Positions 8,965 to 20,092 of a stretch of DNA of 41,510 nucleotides are shown here, in pieces. The DNA is taken from positions 1-41,510 of the IMG/VR virus record IMGVR_UViG_3300017766_002123, one strand, 5' to 3'. The position numbers and the translations under genes were made by a program. Below the pieces are notes generated by a model. That model made no database searches, had not been told where the DNA came from, and saw nothing but the letters and a program-made list of their open reading frames with translations. Source of the stretch: a virus (Duplodnaviria > Caudoviricetes). The first letter of the stretch is position 1. Each line of letters starts with the position of its first letter.

Positions 8965-9867
8965 ATGTCATTAGGTTGTAAATGTGATTTAGGTTTATCT
9001 AATACTGGAAAACCAAACTGTGTAACATTACAAAGTGTTACTTCAAAATTAGTTCTTGTTCCTTTGAAGGATTCTACAGGTGCTAAAAACTATTTAGACT
9101 TGGCTACTACTATCAATGAAGCGACATTTACTGCATTGATTAACCAAGCAGATTCTTCTAAAAGATGGTTTCCTTTAGGATTGTTTGAAAACGTTGAAAT
9201 GGCTAAAGCTGATTCTACATTTGAAGAAGCACCATCAGGGCGTAAAGTTTTCATCAAACAAGGTAAACGTTCATTCGCAGGAGAGTTATGGAATGAAACA
9301 CCGCAGTTATTGGGTAAAATCCAAGACAACAGATGTGTTGATTTCGGTGTGTATGTAGTTGATGTTAACGGAAACTTGATTGGATCTAAAGTAGGTACTA
9401 AATTATACCCTATTCCAGTAGATAACGAATCTTTTGAAGCGAAATTAATGTTTGCTACAGATTCAACTGCTCAAAAGGTTATGGTAGCATTTGATTTCTA
9501 CAGATTGTTTGACGAATCTTCTTTATGGTTGGTTACTTCTGATGAAGCATCTTTAGATTTCAACAACTTAGAAGGATTGTTAGATGTTAACTTGGCTATC
9601 GCTACAATTTCTGCTACAGGTGCTGTTGCTACATTGACTTTAGACTATGGTACTGCATTAAATGCAATCAAAGTTAAAGGTCTTCTTGTTGCTGATTTAG
9701 CATTGTTTAATGTTACTGATAATGCATCTGTAACTATTACTTCTGCTACTGAAGGTGCTGATGGTGTTTATACTTTGGTATTCCCATCTCAAACTTCTGC
9801 TGATGTGTTAAAATTGTCTTTAGATAAAGAAGGATATGTAGGTTTCTCTACATTTGTTATTCCTTAA
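8965..9867 (+). CDS. Major tail (tube) protein, probable C-terminal Ig-like extension
   Basis: Highly biased codons; lies after MCP and before TMP; followed by a terminator. Confidence 0.7.
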   Translation: MSLGCKCDLGLSNTGKPNCVTLQSVTSKLVLVPLKDSTGAKNYLDLATTINEATFTALINQADSSKRWFPLGLFENVEMAKADSTFEEAPSGRKVFIKQGKRSFAGELWNETPQLLGKIQDNRCVDFGVYVVDVNGNLIGSKVGTKLYPIPVDNESFEAKLMFATDSTAQKVMVAFDFYRLFDESSLWLVTSDEASLDFNNLEGLLDVNLAIATISATGAVATLTLDYGTALNAIKVKGLLVADLALFNVTDNASVTITSATEGADGVYTLVFPSQTSADVLKLSLDKEGYVGFSTFVIP

Positions 9868-9890
9868 TAGATAACATATCATTTATAATT

Positions 9891-9923
9891 AGAGGGGTAG
9901 CGATTGTTACCTCTCTTTTTTTT
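9891..9923 (+). terminator. Intrinsic terminator after major tail gene
   Basis: AGAGGGGTAGC-GATT-GTTACCTCTCT followed by a T run. Confidence 0.85.
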
Positions 9924-9934
9924 ACCTTTGTTTT

Positions 9935-10423
9935 ATGAGTTTATTCGACAAGACAGCATTAGGCGAGAAATTTGCTAATTTAAAGCGATTACAGACTATT
10001 AATCTGTGGTTAGATAGTTTCGATTCAGAACTAAAAGAATTTGTCTTAAAACTTATCCAATACGACCAATTAATACAAAAAGGTATTAGAGATGATGGTA
10101 GTGTGATTGGTTATTACTCTGAATTGACAGAGCAGATTAATCCTATGAAAAAAGCAGGAACTCCATATACATTATTAGATACTGGAGAGTTTTTTAACAG
10201 TATGTTTGTTGATGTATTAAATGATGGGTTTGTAGTAGATGCAGATGATAAGAAAACAAGTCAAAGAAGAATGGGAAATGAAATAGGAACGTTTGTAACG
10301 CATTTATTTGAGTTGTATGGAAATGGAATAGTTGGATTGACAGAAGATAGCAAGGAAGAACTTATACAAGAATTAAGAATTAAAATGATAGAGAAATGCA
10401 GGGAGTATGTTACAAAAGCGTAG
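9935..10423 (+). CDS. Tail-associated protein (HK97 gp10-like neck protein, tentative)
   Basis: TLLDTGEFFNS motif and position. Confidence 0.5.
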   Translation: MSLFDKTALGEKFANLKRLQTINLWLDSFDSELKEFVLKLIQYDQLIQKGIRDDGSVIGYYSELTEQINPMKKAGTPYTLLDTGEFFNSMFVDVLNDGFVVDADDKKTSQRRMGNEIGTFVTHLFELYGNGIVGLTEDSKEELIQELRIKMIEKCREYVTKA

Positions 10424-10839
10424 ATGAAATGCCTTTATATAATTGGCATAAATGTATGGAAGGGGAATATAAATACGTTAGGCTTGATGAAAAAGAAGAT
10501 GCTAAAAACGTAGAAATGTTTGAGAAAGTTTATTCAGATTATGTAGATAAGTTTGGTATAGACAACAAGTTTAAACAACAAATTGAATTAATTAAAAAAA
10601 TTGCAATCCTACAATGTGAATATTTGATTAGCAAGAATAGATTTAAATTAACTCAAATAGAGGTAGAAAACACTAAATTAGAAGCAATAAAAAAAGAAAC
10701 TGGTGTGGGTATGACTTTGCAACAAACTTTGATACACTTATCTAAATGGTTAGGTTATAGATTAGATTGGAAGCAAATGTCTGTAAGTGAGTATTATACA
10801 ATATTAAACGAAAGTTCAAAACAAGCGAAAAATGGCTAA
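10396..10839 (+). CDS. Putative tail assembly chaperone
   Basis: Immediately upstream of TMP; C-terminal ...MSVSEYY pattern. Confidence 0.5.
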   Translation: MQGVCYKSVDEMPLYNWHKCMEGEYKYVRLDEKEDAKNVEMFEKVYSDYVDKFGIDNKFKQQIELIKKIAILQCEYLISKNRFKLTQIEVENTKLEAIKKETGVGMTLQQTLIHLSKWLGYRLDWKQMSVSEYYTILNESSKQAKNG

Positions 10840-13800
10840 TATAATTAAAAGTGAAGATTTATTTGAAAAGGAATTATTCAAAGTATTAATTGACGAGATT
10901 AATAAAGCAGAAACCGAAGTTAAAAAACTTGAAGGTAATTTAGGTCAATTAGGTTCTAAACTTAAAGAATCATTACAAGGTGCTAAAATTGATAATTTAG
11001 AAAACATCAATAAAATACTTAATGGTTCAAAAGAAGCAAATAAACATCTTGAACAGCAGATTCAACTTGAAAAACAAATTGCAGGATTACAAGAGAAAAA
11101 GAAAAAATTACAAGATGAAATAAATAACAGGTCTGAAAAAAATAGAGTTGCTGAAATAAACTTACAAAAGGCAAGGGAAAAGGCTATAGACAATTTTAAT
11201 AAAAAAGAAAAAGAAGCACAAGATAATATAAATAAAACAACAGAATTGCAAAAACAACAAGCAATTCAAAAGCAAAAACAATTAGAACAAGAAAGATTAG
11301 ACGAGATAAGACTACAAAAAGAAAGAGAAAAAGCATTTGACAATTATGAAAAGAATCTAAAAAAACAAGAAGAACAAAAAAACAAAGATTATCAGCAAGA
11401 AGTAGATAGAATACAAAAAGAGAAAGAATTAAATGAAAAAAAGTCAGAATCAGAAAGGCTTGATGATATTAGGCTACAAAAGGCAAGGGAAAAGGCATTT
11501 GATGATTACGAGAAAAAATTAAAAAGAGAAGAAGAACTAATACAAAAAGCAAATGAAAAACAAATAAATGAAACAAATAAAATTGCAGAAAAAGAAAGAA
11601 TAAGAGCCGAAAAAGAAGCAAATGCTATTGCAAGAGAAAATGCCAAGAAAGAAAAAGAAGCAGGAAAATTAGCCGAAAAAGAAGCGAAAGAAGCAGAAAA
11701 ATTAGCGAACGCATATAATCGTTTAGAGAAAAACACTCGTGAACTTAAAAACGAAAGTAAGCGATTAGGTGCTGAAATGCTTGAATTAGAAAAAGCAGGG
11801 AAGAAAAGCACTAAAGCATATTACGATTTAGAGAAACAATACGATAAAGTAACTAAATCAGCACAAGAGGGGGATAAAGCACTAAAGAAATTAGATAGTC
11901 AAGTAGGAGATAACTTCAGGAATGTAGGTAACTATGGCAAAGCATTAGGTGGTCTTACCCAGTTGTTACAACGTATGGGTATGGCATTTGGTATCTATGA
12001 AGTTGCTCAATTTGGTAAAGGATTATTAACTACACAGGTTCAACTTGACAGATTAAGATTATCTCTACAAAACGTAAGTGGTTCAACAAAAGAATACCAA
12101 GCAAACTTTGCGTTTTTACGTAATATATCATTGAGTTACGGACAAGATTTGCTTTCACTTGTAGATACCTACAAAAACTTTATGGCATCTACCGAGGAGA
12201 GTAATTTGCTATTAGGGGAAAGAAGAAGAATATACGAAAGTATAATCAAGGCAGGTTCGGCACTTGCATTATCCAATGAAGATGTAGAAGGTACTTTAAG
12301 AGCAGTACAACAGATGTTCTCAAAAGGCACTATACAAGCAGAGGAATTAAGACAACAGTTAGGGGATAGATTGCCGGGTGCTTTCTCATTAATGGCAAAG
12401 GCTGTTGGAGTATCTGAAGCAAGATTAGGAGAAATGATGAAAAACGGTCAGATAATGACTGATGAAGTAATGCCTAAATTTGCAATCTTATTAGAAGAAC
12501 AATTTGGTAAAAAAGCAAGTAAAAACCTTGAAACTTTAAATGGTGCTTGGAACGCATTTAAGACTAATCTAACTTTATATATAGACCAAGCACAAGCAAG
12601 TGTTAATATTAATAAGTCTTTGGCTTGGGCAATTAAAAGAGTTGGAGAAAACATAGGTGGAATACTAAAAGCAACAAGACAGGTTGTAACTGCATTTTTA
12701 TTGTATAAAGCAACATTAGTAGCAGTTGATGTTAGACAAAGAGTATTAAGTAGTGGATTTTACAATTTAATAAAATCATTTTTTAAAGGAGAATTATCAA
12801 TAAAATCTTTAATATCATCTTTTAGAGCGTTAAAAGTATCAACAGAAGGATTCTCAAGTTCTCTTAAAAGCATAAGTTTATTTGCTGTTATTCAGGGAAT
12901 TACAACATTAACAGAAAAATTTATTGATTTAGCAAATGGTACTGATTTAGCAAGAGAAAGGTATTTGTTATACCAAGGTGCTGTTTCAAAAGGTAATAAA
13001 AAAGCGAATGATTTTTTAAGAGGTATAAATGATGAGTTTTTTACATATCAAAAAAAGCAACAAGAGGATAGAAAAAAAGGTTTAATTTCTGAAGAACAAT
13101 TAAAAAAGAATATTGCTAATGCAGAATTAATCAGAGAAGAAAAAATACAAAAAAGAATTGGAGAACTACAGCGTTCAATACAGGTAGCAAAAACCAAGCG
13201 AGTAGAAATTAGAGCAGATTATAAAGGAATGTCGCCTGATGAGATTGTTAAAAAACAATTAGAAGCAGGAGATGACTATGAGAAACTATGGGCAATATCT
13301 GAACATTCTATAGACTTTAACAAAAGAGTTGCTAAAACTTATGATATGTTAGGTGCTAATGCTACTGATTTTTCAGAGCAATTAATGGCATTAAACGAAG
13401 AATTAAATAAATATAATGTTTTAGGTCAAGGAACTGCTAAGGTAAATAATAAAACTTCTTACTCATACAAACCAATAATTAAAGATTTAAAAACAGTAGA
13501 GATTGAATATAAAACTATAAATGACTATTTACAAGACCACATCAACTTACTTAATGAAATAGAACTTTATAATAGTGAAAGAGGTGCTACAGTAAGAGCA
13601 ACACAATTTGAAGATGAGTTTAAAAGACAAATGGAAGAAGTTCAAATTAATGGGGAGTATAATTTAGAAATATTAGCAAAACTTAAAAAAGAAGAACGAG
13701 ATTTCTTAATTGATGCCGAAAAGAAACAGACTGAAATTGTAATAAAACAACGTAAAGATGAATTTGAAAAAAGAACGAAATCACTTGAAGAGTCTTTAGA

Positions 13801-14989
13801 TAAGGAAAAACAAGACTATTTAAGCAATTTTGCAGAGCAACAAACTAAATTAGCAACTGCTGAAGAAAATTTAAGTAGAGCAAGGTATAATATTAAAAAT
13901 GAAAAGGTAGGGTCAAAGAAATACGCTAAAGATACAGTAAAAATAAAGCAACTTGAAGAAGAAGTAGAAGCACAAAGAAAAATATACGATACTTTGACTT
14001 TAGAAGCACGTGCAAAGTTTGATGAAAGAAGTGCTGAATTACAAAAAGCAAGAGAATCAGAATCAAAAGAAATAGGTAGATGGGAGATTCAAAAAGCAAA
14101 AGAATTAGAAGATAAAGTATCAGACATTAAGAAAAAGGCTTTTGATGAAAGAACTCAAGAAGAAAAAGATTTGATTTACGCTCACGATGAATGGAGATTA
14201 AACAATATTAAAAAACTATCTAATTCTACTAACGACCTTATACAAATGGGTATGGATGCTTATGTAAAATCACTTGAACGTAACATATCATTAGTAGAAG
14301 ATAGAATGAATCGTTTAAACCAAAGTATTGACTTCTTACAACAAAAAGCGGCTACTGGTAATATTACTGCAAATGAATCACTTGCAAAAGCACAAGAAGA
14401 CCAGTTAAACGCTGAAAAAGAAAAAGCAAAGTTCCAACGTACAATACAACGTATGCAATTTGCTATGACTATTTTCAATGCTTACAACTCAAATATTCAA
14501 AACGCTAAAGTTGGAGAAAATCCATTCACTAAAACAATTACAGATATTTCTGCTCTTACAGCGTTTGTAGGCTCACTTCCTACATTCTATGAAGGTACAG
14601 ACACAACAATCAAAGATGCGTTAGGAAATCCTCATTTACAAGGCAAAGATGGATATGTAGTTCGTGTTGATGGTAGCGAGAAAGTTCTTAATCCTTACTT
14701 ATCTGCTAAAACTGGTAATTTAACAACAAGAGATATTGCCCAAATAGCAGAGGACAGATTAAAAGGTAAATTGGTTTATGGTAATGAAATAAACTCTACT
14801 GCAAATAATATGTGGGCGAATATGCAATTAATTGACGAAATTCAAGACTTAAAATCAATTATTAAGAACAAGCCTGAAACAAATATTGCTATGGGAGAAA
14901 TAGTAGGTGGTGTAATGAAGATTGTAGAAACTACTAAAGTTGCCAACACTACTACAAGAAATATTCACAGATTCAATAAGAAGATATGA
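10832..14989 (+). CDS. Tail tape measure protein
   Basis: 1385 aa, long coiled coil, tape-measure domain QMFSKGTIQAEELRQQLGDRLPGA. Confidence 0.92.
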   Translation: MANIIKSEDLFEKELFKVLIDEINKAETEVKKLEGNLGQLGSKLKESLQGAKIDNLENINKILNGSKEANKHLEQQIQLEKQIAGLQEKKKKLQDEINNRSEKNRVAEINLQKAREKAIDNFNKKEKEAQDNINKTTELQKQQAIQKQKQLEQERLDEIRLQKEREKAFDNYEKNLKKQEEQKNKDYQQEVDRIQKEKELNEKKSESERLDDIRLQKAREKAFDDYEKKLKREEELIQKANEKQINETNKIAEKERIRAEKEANAIARENAKKEKEAGKLAEKEAKEAEKLANAYNRLEKNTRELKNESKRLGAEMLELEKAGKKSTKAYYDLEKQYDKVTKSAQEGDKALKKLDSQVGDNFRNVGNYGKALGGLTQLLQRMGMAFGIYEVAQFGKGLLTTQVQLDRLRLSLQNVSGSTKEYQANFAFLRNISLSYGQDLLSLVDTYKNFMASTEESNLLLGERRRIYESIIKAGSALALSNEDVEGTLRAVQQMFSKGTIQAEELRQQLGDRLPGAFSLMAKAVGVSEARLGEMMKNGQIMTDEVMPKFAILLEEQFGKKASKNLETLNGAWNAFKTNLTLYIDQAQASVNINKSLAWAIKRVGENIGGILKATRQVVTAFLLYKATLVAVDVRQRVLSSGFYNLIKSFFKGELSIKSLISSFRALKVSTEGFSSSLKSISLFAVIQGITTLTEKFIDLANGTDLARERYLLYQGAVSKGNKKANDFLRGINDEFFTYQKKQQEDRKKGLISEEQLKKNIANAELIREEKIQKRIGELQRSIQVAKTKRVEIRADYKGMSPDEIVKKQLEAGDDYEKLWAISEHSIDFNKRVAKTYDMLGANATDFSEQLMALNEELNKYNVLGQGTAKVNNKTSYSYKPIIKDLKTVEIEYKTINDYLQDHINLLNEIELYNSERGATVRATQFEDEFKRQMEEVQINGEYNLEILAKLKKEERDFLIDAEKKQTEIVIKQRKDEFEKRTKSLEESLDKEKQDYLSNFAEQQTKLATAEENLSRARYNIKNEKVGSKKYAKDTVKIKQLEEEVEAQRKIYDTLTLEARAKFDERSAELQKARESESKEIGRWEIQKAKELEDKVSDIKKKAFDERTQEEKDLIYAHDEWRLNNIKKLSNSTNDLIQMGMDAYVKSLERNISLVEDRMNRLNQSIDFLQQKAATGNITANESLAKAQEDQLNAEKEKAKFQRTIQRMQFAMTIFNAYNSNIQNAKVGENPFTKTITDISALTAFVGSLPTFYEGTDTTIKDALGNPHLQGKDGYVVRVDGSEKVLNPYLSAKTGNLTTRDIAQIAEDRLKGKLVYGNEINSTANNMWANMQLIDEIQDLKSIIKNKPETNIAMGEIVGGVMKIVETTKVANTTTRNIHRFNKKI

Positions 14990-16662
14990 AACACTTTATA
15001 AATGGTACAGAAATAACACCGAGAAACCTTGAAGATATAGGAATCTCGGTTGACTTTTCTAAAGATGTACAACAAGAATCAATCAATATAGACAACTTAA
15101 TTATTCCTATGGTTGGTAGAGATTTGGTAATGAATCACTTAAAAAACATTGGAATATCAGAAGGAATACCATATCAAATATCTTTTGGTAATAAAAAGTT
15201 ACCATACTACATAGATTTACTTGAAGGATTAAAGATAAGGTCAAACGAAGTCGAAGTAAAGATTAAGCAAAGGTATGCTCACGACAACTTTATTGAAAAT
15301 GCTGATTCATTAACATTCGATTTCCTGAACTCTAAAAAGAAATTGCCAGTATATGATGCAAAGTATCGTATCATTCAGCAAGAGCCTTTATTTAAAGCAA
15401 TAGTGGTGTCTATTACTATTTACTCGGTGTCAAGAACAATACAAGATCAAATCAGGGAGTTGGCAAAAACTGCTAAAGAATTTGCATCTGCAATAGCATT
15501 CGCACCATTTGCTGTACAAGGTAAAGTATTAGAAGCAGGATTACAATTAGCAATTCAGATTACATACTTGGCAATATTAATAGTTCAAGTTAAAAAGTTA
15601 GCAGAGGAGTTAAAAGAATTGATATTTCCTAAAACAAGAGTGTATAATGCTTGTAAGGTAATTGACTTAATGAAATATGGTTGTGAGCATTTAGGATATA
15701 CTTTTAAGTCTACATTACTTGAGGGAGAGTATAAAAATCTCGCAGTAGTATCTACACCACAAAACAGGGGTAAAAAAGGCATATTAGATTATTTAGAATC
15801 TGAATTAAACTTTGCTTTTAACACTGGTTATCCTACTGTATCTGATTCTACACCAACATTAGGTTCACTTATTCAGGCTATGCAAACAATGTTTAATGCT
15901 AAAATCAAAGTAAGAAACAGTATAGTAGAGTTTGAAAGATGGGATTATTGGTTAACACAATCACAAGGATTAGTAAACGTAGCATTACCAGTTCAGGAAG
16001 ATGCTGTAGATGAATTTGAGATTGATACAGAAAGAAACTATAAAAGGTATCTTATCCAATACCAAACTGACTTTTCTGATATGACTACACTTGATAATTA
16101 TCAAAATACAGCAAGTGAATTTTCAGCAGAACGACAAACTATCGTAAACCAAGATTTAAACCTCTTAAAAGGACTTACAAGCGTAAACATACCATTTGCT
16201 AAGGCAAAGAGAAAAACATCTGTTAATTGGCTTGAAAAGCAGTTTCTAAAAATGTTTAAGGTAATTGATTCTACATTCGGAACTAATTACGCAAGTACAA
16301 AATCTCCTTTGGGTGTAATGGAAGTAACAAGCCAGTATTTTGCATTGTCTAAACTTATTTTGGTAGATAATGGTGGTAAGTTATTGCCTGATGATATAAT
16401 GCATCCAAGTTATTTATGGGATAAGTTTCACTCTATTAATGATCCTAATTTGTATTCGTGGATTATTAGAAGAAAAGTTCCTACAGCTATGACTGAAGAT
16501 GAGTTTATTAAGATACTTGATAATAACTATGCACCTATAAATGGTAATGTTTGTGAGATATTATCAATAGAATATTTACCAATGCAAAACAAGGCTTTGT
16601 TAGATTATAAGCAAAAGGTTAAGTTTTACAAGAACAATGTGATAATTCAGAAAATTTATTAA
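14986..16662 (+). CDS. Tail tip/baseplate structural protein
   Basis: 558 aa directly after TMP. Confidence 0.6.
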   Translation: MKHFINGTEITPRNLEDIGISVDFSKDVQQESINIDNLIIPMVGRDLVMNHLKNIGISEGIPYQISFGNKKLPYYIDLLEGLKIRSNEVEVKIKQRYAHDNFIENADSLTFDFLNSKKKLPVYDAKYRIIQQEPLFKAIVVSITIYSVSRTIQDQIRELAKTAKEFASAIAFAPFAVQGKVLEAGLQLAIQITYLAILIVQVKKLAEELKELIFPKTRVYNACKVIDLMKYGCEHLGYTFKSTLLEGEYKNLAVVSTPQNRGKKGILDYLESELNFAFNTGYPTVSDSTPTLGSLIQAMQTMFNAKIKVRNSIVEFERWDYWLTQSQGLVNVALPVQEDAVDEFEIDTERNYKRYLIQYQTDFSDMTTLDNYQNTASEFSAERQTIVNQDLNLLKGLTSVNIPFAKAKRKTSVNWLEKQFLKMFKVIDSTFGTNYASTKSPLGVMEVTSQYFALSKLILVDNGGKLLPDDIMHPSYLWDKFHSINDPNLYSWIIRRKVPTAMTEDEFIKILDNNYAPINGNVCEILSIEYLPMQNKALLDYKQKVKFYKNNVIIQKIY

Positions 16663-16674
16663 TAATTTTGATGT

Positions 16675-16866
16675 ATGAATGGATTTGACGAAATAATTAG
16701 TGGTTTAATTGCTGAAACGGAAAAGACAATAATGAATTTGTCAAATGTAGAAGGTTCAGAAAATATACAAGCCTTACTAAAAGAAGTACAAGATGCTATT
16801 AAAAGCAACGATACAGATAAACTCAATCAAATAATGGAACAGTATGGCGATAAGATTAGTAGATAG
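16675..16866 (+). CDS. Small hypothetical protein
   Basis: 63 aa; TAATTTTG ends 4 nt before the ATG. Confidence 0.6.
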   Translation: MNGFDEIISGLIAETEKTIMNLSNVEGSENIQALLKEVQDAIKSNDTDKLNQIMEQYGDKISR

Positions 16867-19180
16867 TACATTTTACGATGTATATGGTAATACATCAAAG
16901 GAATTTAAAGCCAATGCTGGAGATACAATAACAGCAAAGCATATATTTGAAGTTGAAATAAGTTGCGTATCAAGTGTACAAAATCAATTGACTATTGACA
17001 AACTTGAAAATAAACTATCAAGAGGTCAAGGTTCATTCTTGAATGATGGATTTAGAAAAGGGCAGTTTTGTTCGTTAATATTGGTTAATAACATAAACAA
17101 TATAACTGAACTTTATAGACCAATGGAAATATTGGCTGTTTCAGATTTACAGATGACTATAACAGAGTTACCAAATAGAAACAACTGGACTACTGGAACT
17201 GATTATACTGCTGTTTTAATATGTGATGATGCTGTTTATGATACTGTAAATACTGCATTTAATTTTGTAGATAATGATTTACCTAAAGATGCATCTTTAT
17301 CACTTGAATCTTTAATTGACCAAGAAACAAGTAAATTTATCGCTGATGGTATTAGTGCTTTAGCTATAAATGGAAGTATAACAATGACACAGATAGGAAA
17401 GAAATCAGGTCAATTTACTGCGAGTGCTACAATACAAAGAATAGCAAATTTAGTTAATCCATATACAGCTTTTACTTCAATAAGAAGAAGATATGAGGTA
17501 AGTATCACAATGATATTTCCTGCTATGTTTGATTCTAATAGTTTTATTGGAGATAGATGTTTAAAGTATTTTTCAAGAACTTCATTTAGGATCAATTCAA
17601 ACGACAATCTTGCACCTACAATATTTGACTATAAAGAGAAAGCAACAACAGGTTTATGGGATGAAGCATACAATACAGATAGACCAAACATTGTAAATCG
17701 GAATTATGTATCTGATTTATATTATAATGCATTAAATACATTTACATTAAATATTTATACACCAACATCATTAAATATCACAAATATTGAGATAGGTGCT
17801 ATGTATTTAACTGTAGATGATGATTTAAATAAGAACAAACAATTACCACAAGATTTATTGTTACCTTTCGTAAAGACAGGATTAATAAACACTTCAAACA
17901 TAGGAGATACATTTTATCCTGATTACGATAATCAATTTGAGTTAAAAATAGATAATTTAACTGTTATAGATTCAGGTGGAACAAGAGTGCATCAGTTATT
18001 GTTAAAGTTAGACCCATATTATGATTCTACTATTGGATTTGGTAGATTTATTGAAAACAGAGGGGAATTAGATAGAACATTTGTATTGTGGGTAAAAGCA
18101 GGAAATACTAATGCTGTTTTTTATAATGGTCAATTAAAATACAAAGAAATAGTAGGAGTTGAAATTGAGCCTATAAATCAAACAATAATAAATCACGATA
18201 ATAATAGAGATTATAAAGATTTAACCATAAACAATAATTTATCTGATAGCGATTTTAATTTAGAGGACGATATTGCATACATTACTGAATTTGCATTAAA
18301 TACTTTTGTATCTAACGAATCTGTAACAGCAAAAGTCGTAGTCGCAGATACTTTAGGAACTGCTGAATTTGTATTAGATAAAGTTTATTTTGATATAAGA
18401 AATTCAGTATTACAATATTTTGTTAATCAAACAACATCTGTATCTAATAATTTACCTAATTCATCTAATAAAAAAGAAGCGTTTTTATATAAAGTTTCTG
18501 CATTATATGAAGGTTTTTATAAGTTTAGGCTATATTACCCTATTCTTATAGATTGGAGATACTGGGAAGATATATTAAGCACCGACCCTTATTTTCAATC
18601 ACAAGATAAAGACAACAAGAATTGGTTTAATTATATAAGTAATGCTTGGAAAGTATTTATCAAGATAGAAATTCAAAGAAATGGAATAACTGATTATTAT
18701 TATAAAGAATTACCATTTAAAACTTATGATGATTGGTTAGGCACTTCAACTATTGAGCTATTTGATGAAACTGAAACTACTCAATATACAAGTTTACAAG
18801 AAAACAAAAAGATGCTAATTAAAGCAACTCACGTTTTTCCTACACCTTACGCAGGTTATCCTTGGGGTATGATTACAATAGAGCCTAAAGAAAACTCTCC
18901 AAGATATATAATGTCAACTGAAATAGACAAAACACAAGTTGATAATCCATTAATTGGTGTGTCAAATGAAAAAAGATGTGATATTCAATTTCCTGACCCA
19001 GTAACAATTGTATTGAGAAGTTATGTTAATACAAACCTATTAAATGGAAATGATTTTTGTATAACTTCGAAAATATCTGAAGAAGGGGAATTAAACAATA
19101 TGCCTATAGAAGTTAAAATTACTGAAGCAGGAGAAGATAAATTAATTGAAACAGGAACAGAAACAAAAATAACTGATTAA
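16844..19180 (+). CDS. Large tail structural protein
   Basis: 778 aa, beta-rich composition, tail module. Confidence 0.6.
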   Translation: MAIRLVDSTFYDVYGNTSKEFKANAGDTITAKHIFEVEISCVSSVQNQLTIDKLENKLSRGQGSFLNDGFRKGQFCSLILVNNINNITELYRPMEILAVSDLQMTITELPNRNNWTTGTDYTAVLICDDAVYDTVNTAFNFVDNDLPKDASLSLESLIDQETSKFIADGISALAINGSITMTQIGKKSGQFTASATIQRIANLVNPYTAFTSIRRRYEVSITMIFPAMFDSNSFIGDRCLKYFSRTSFRINSNDNLAPTIFDYKEKATTGLWDEAYNTDRPNIVNRNYVSDLYYNALNTFTLNIYTPTSLNITNIEIGAMYLTVDDDLNKNKQLPQDLLLPFVKTGLINTSNIGDTFYPDYDNQFELKIDNLTVIDSGGTRVHQLLLKLDPYYDSTIGFGRFIENRGELDRTFVLWVKAGNTNAVFYNGQLKYKEIVGVEIEPINQTIINHDNNRDYKDLTINNNLSDSDFNLEDDIAYITEFALNTFVSNESVTAKVVVADTLGTAEFVLDKVYFDIRNSVLQYFVNQTTSVSNNLPNSSNKKEAFLYKVSALYEGFYKFRLYYPILIDWRYWEDILSTDPYFQSQDKDNKNWFNYISNAWKVFIKIEIQRNGITDYYYKELPFKTYDDWLGTSTIELFDETETTQYTSLQENKKMLIKATHVFPTPYAGYPWGMITIEPKENSPRYIMSTEIDKTQVDNPLIGVSNEKRCDIQFPDPVTIVLRSYVNTNLLNGNDFCITSKISEEGELNNMPIEVKITEAGEDKLIETGTETKITD

Positions 19181-19181
19181 A

Positions 19182-20090
19182 ATGGGAAAAAAGATTACAC
19201 AATATCCTAATAACGTAAGTGTAAGTCCTGATATGGCATCACTTTTAGATTTAAGTGAGAAAACAGGAACAAGTACTTATGAGAGTAGAAAGTGGTCATT
19301 AAGTGCTATGATGACTTGGCTTAATGCAAATGGAGCAGGTGGAAAAAGTGCTTATGAAATAGCAGTAGATAATGGATTTGTAGGTACAGAAGCACAATGG
19401 TTAGCATCATTAGAAGGAGCAGATGGTGCAAATGGTACAAATGGTACAAACGGAACGAATGGTTTTACACCAATAGTTTGGACAAGTTACGATGCATCAG
19501 GATTCACATTAAGCACAGGAGTAAAACAAATATATATACCAACAACTACTTATGTTGGTTGGAGTGTTGGAACAAGAATTAGAATGTTTCACAATGCTAC
19601 TAACTATATGGAAGGTATTGTTACAAGTCCTATGTCTTATCCAACTCCTGGTGCTACATATATTTCAATTGATATTGATTATGTAGTAGGTTCAGGTACT
19701 TATTCAACTTGGAAAGTTTGTATAGCAGGAGATCCTGGCAAAAAAGTTATTCAATTAAAAGCATCTGATGAAACCACAGCATTAACAACAGGTACTAATA
19801 AGATTTCATTTAGAATGCCACACGGAATGATTTTAAATGAAGTTAGAGCATCTTTAGCTACAGCACAGACAAGTGGTAATATATTTACAGTTGACATCAA
19901 CGAAAATGGTACTTCTGTTTTATCAACTAAACTTACTATTGATAATGCTCAAAAAACAAGTAAAACAGCAGTTACACCACCAGTTATTAGTGATACTGTA
20001 TTGACAGATGATTCAGAGATTACTATAGATATTGACCAAATAGGAGATGGTACTGCTAAAGGTTTAACAATAACTTTAATTGGATATTAG
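19182..20090 (+). CDS. Tail fibre-like protein with short collagen-like G-X-N repeat
   Basis: GKSAYEIAVDNGFVGTEAQWLASL motif followed by GADGANGTNGTNGTNG. Confidence 0.7.
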   Translation: MGKKITQYPNNVSVSPDMASLLDLSEKTGTSTYESRKWSLSAMMTWLNANGAGGKSAYEIAVDNGFVGTEAQWLASLEGADGANGTNGTNGTNGFTPIVWTSYDASGFTLSTGVKQIYIPTTTYVGWSVGTRIRMFHNATNYMEGIVTSPMSYPTPGATYISIDIDYVVGSGTYSTWKVCIAGDPGKKVIQLKASDETTALTTGTNKISFRMPHGMILNEVRASLATAQTSGNIFTVDINENGTSVLSTKLTIDNAQKTSKTAVTPPVISDTVLTDDSEITIDIDQIGDGTAKGLTITLIGY

Positions 20091-20092
20091 TT

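Noticed and set aside
9935-10839. Programmed -1 frameshift in the tail chaperone
   Set aside because: A-runs such as AAAAAAG are ubiquitous here, and I could not identify a G/GT-type ORF pair.
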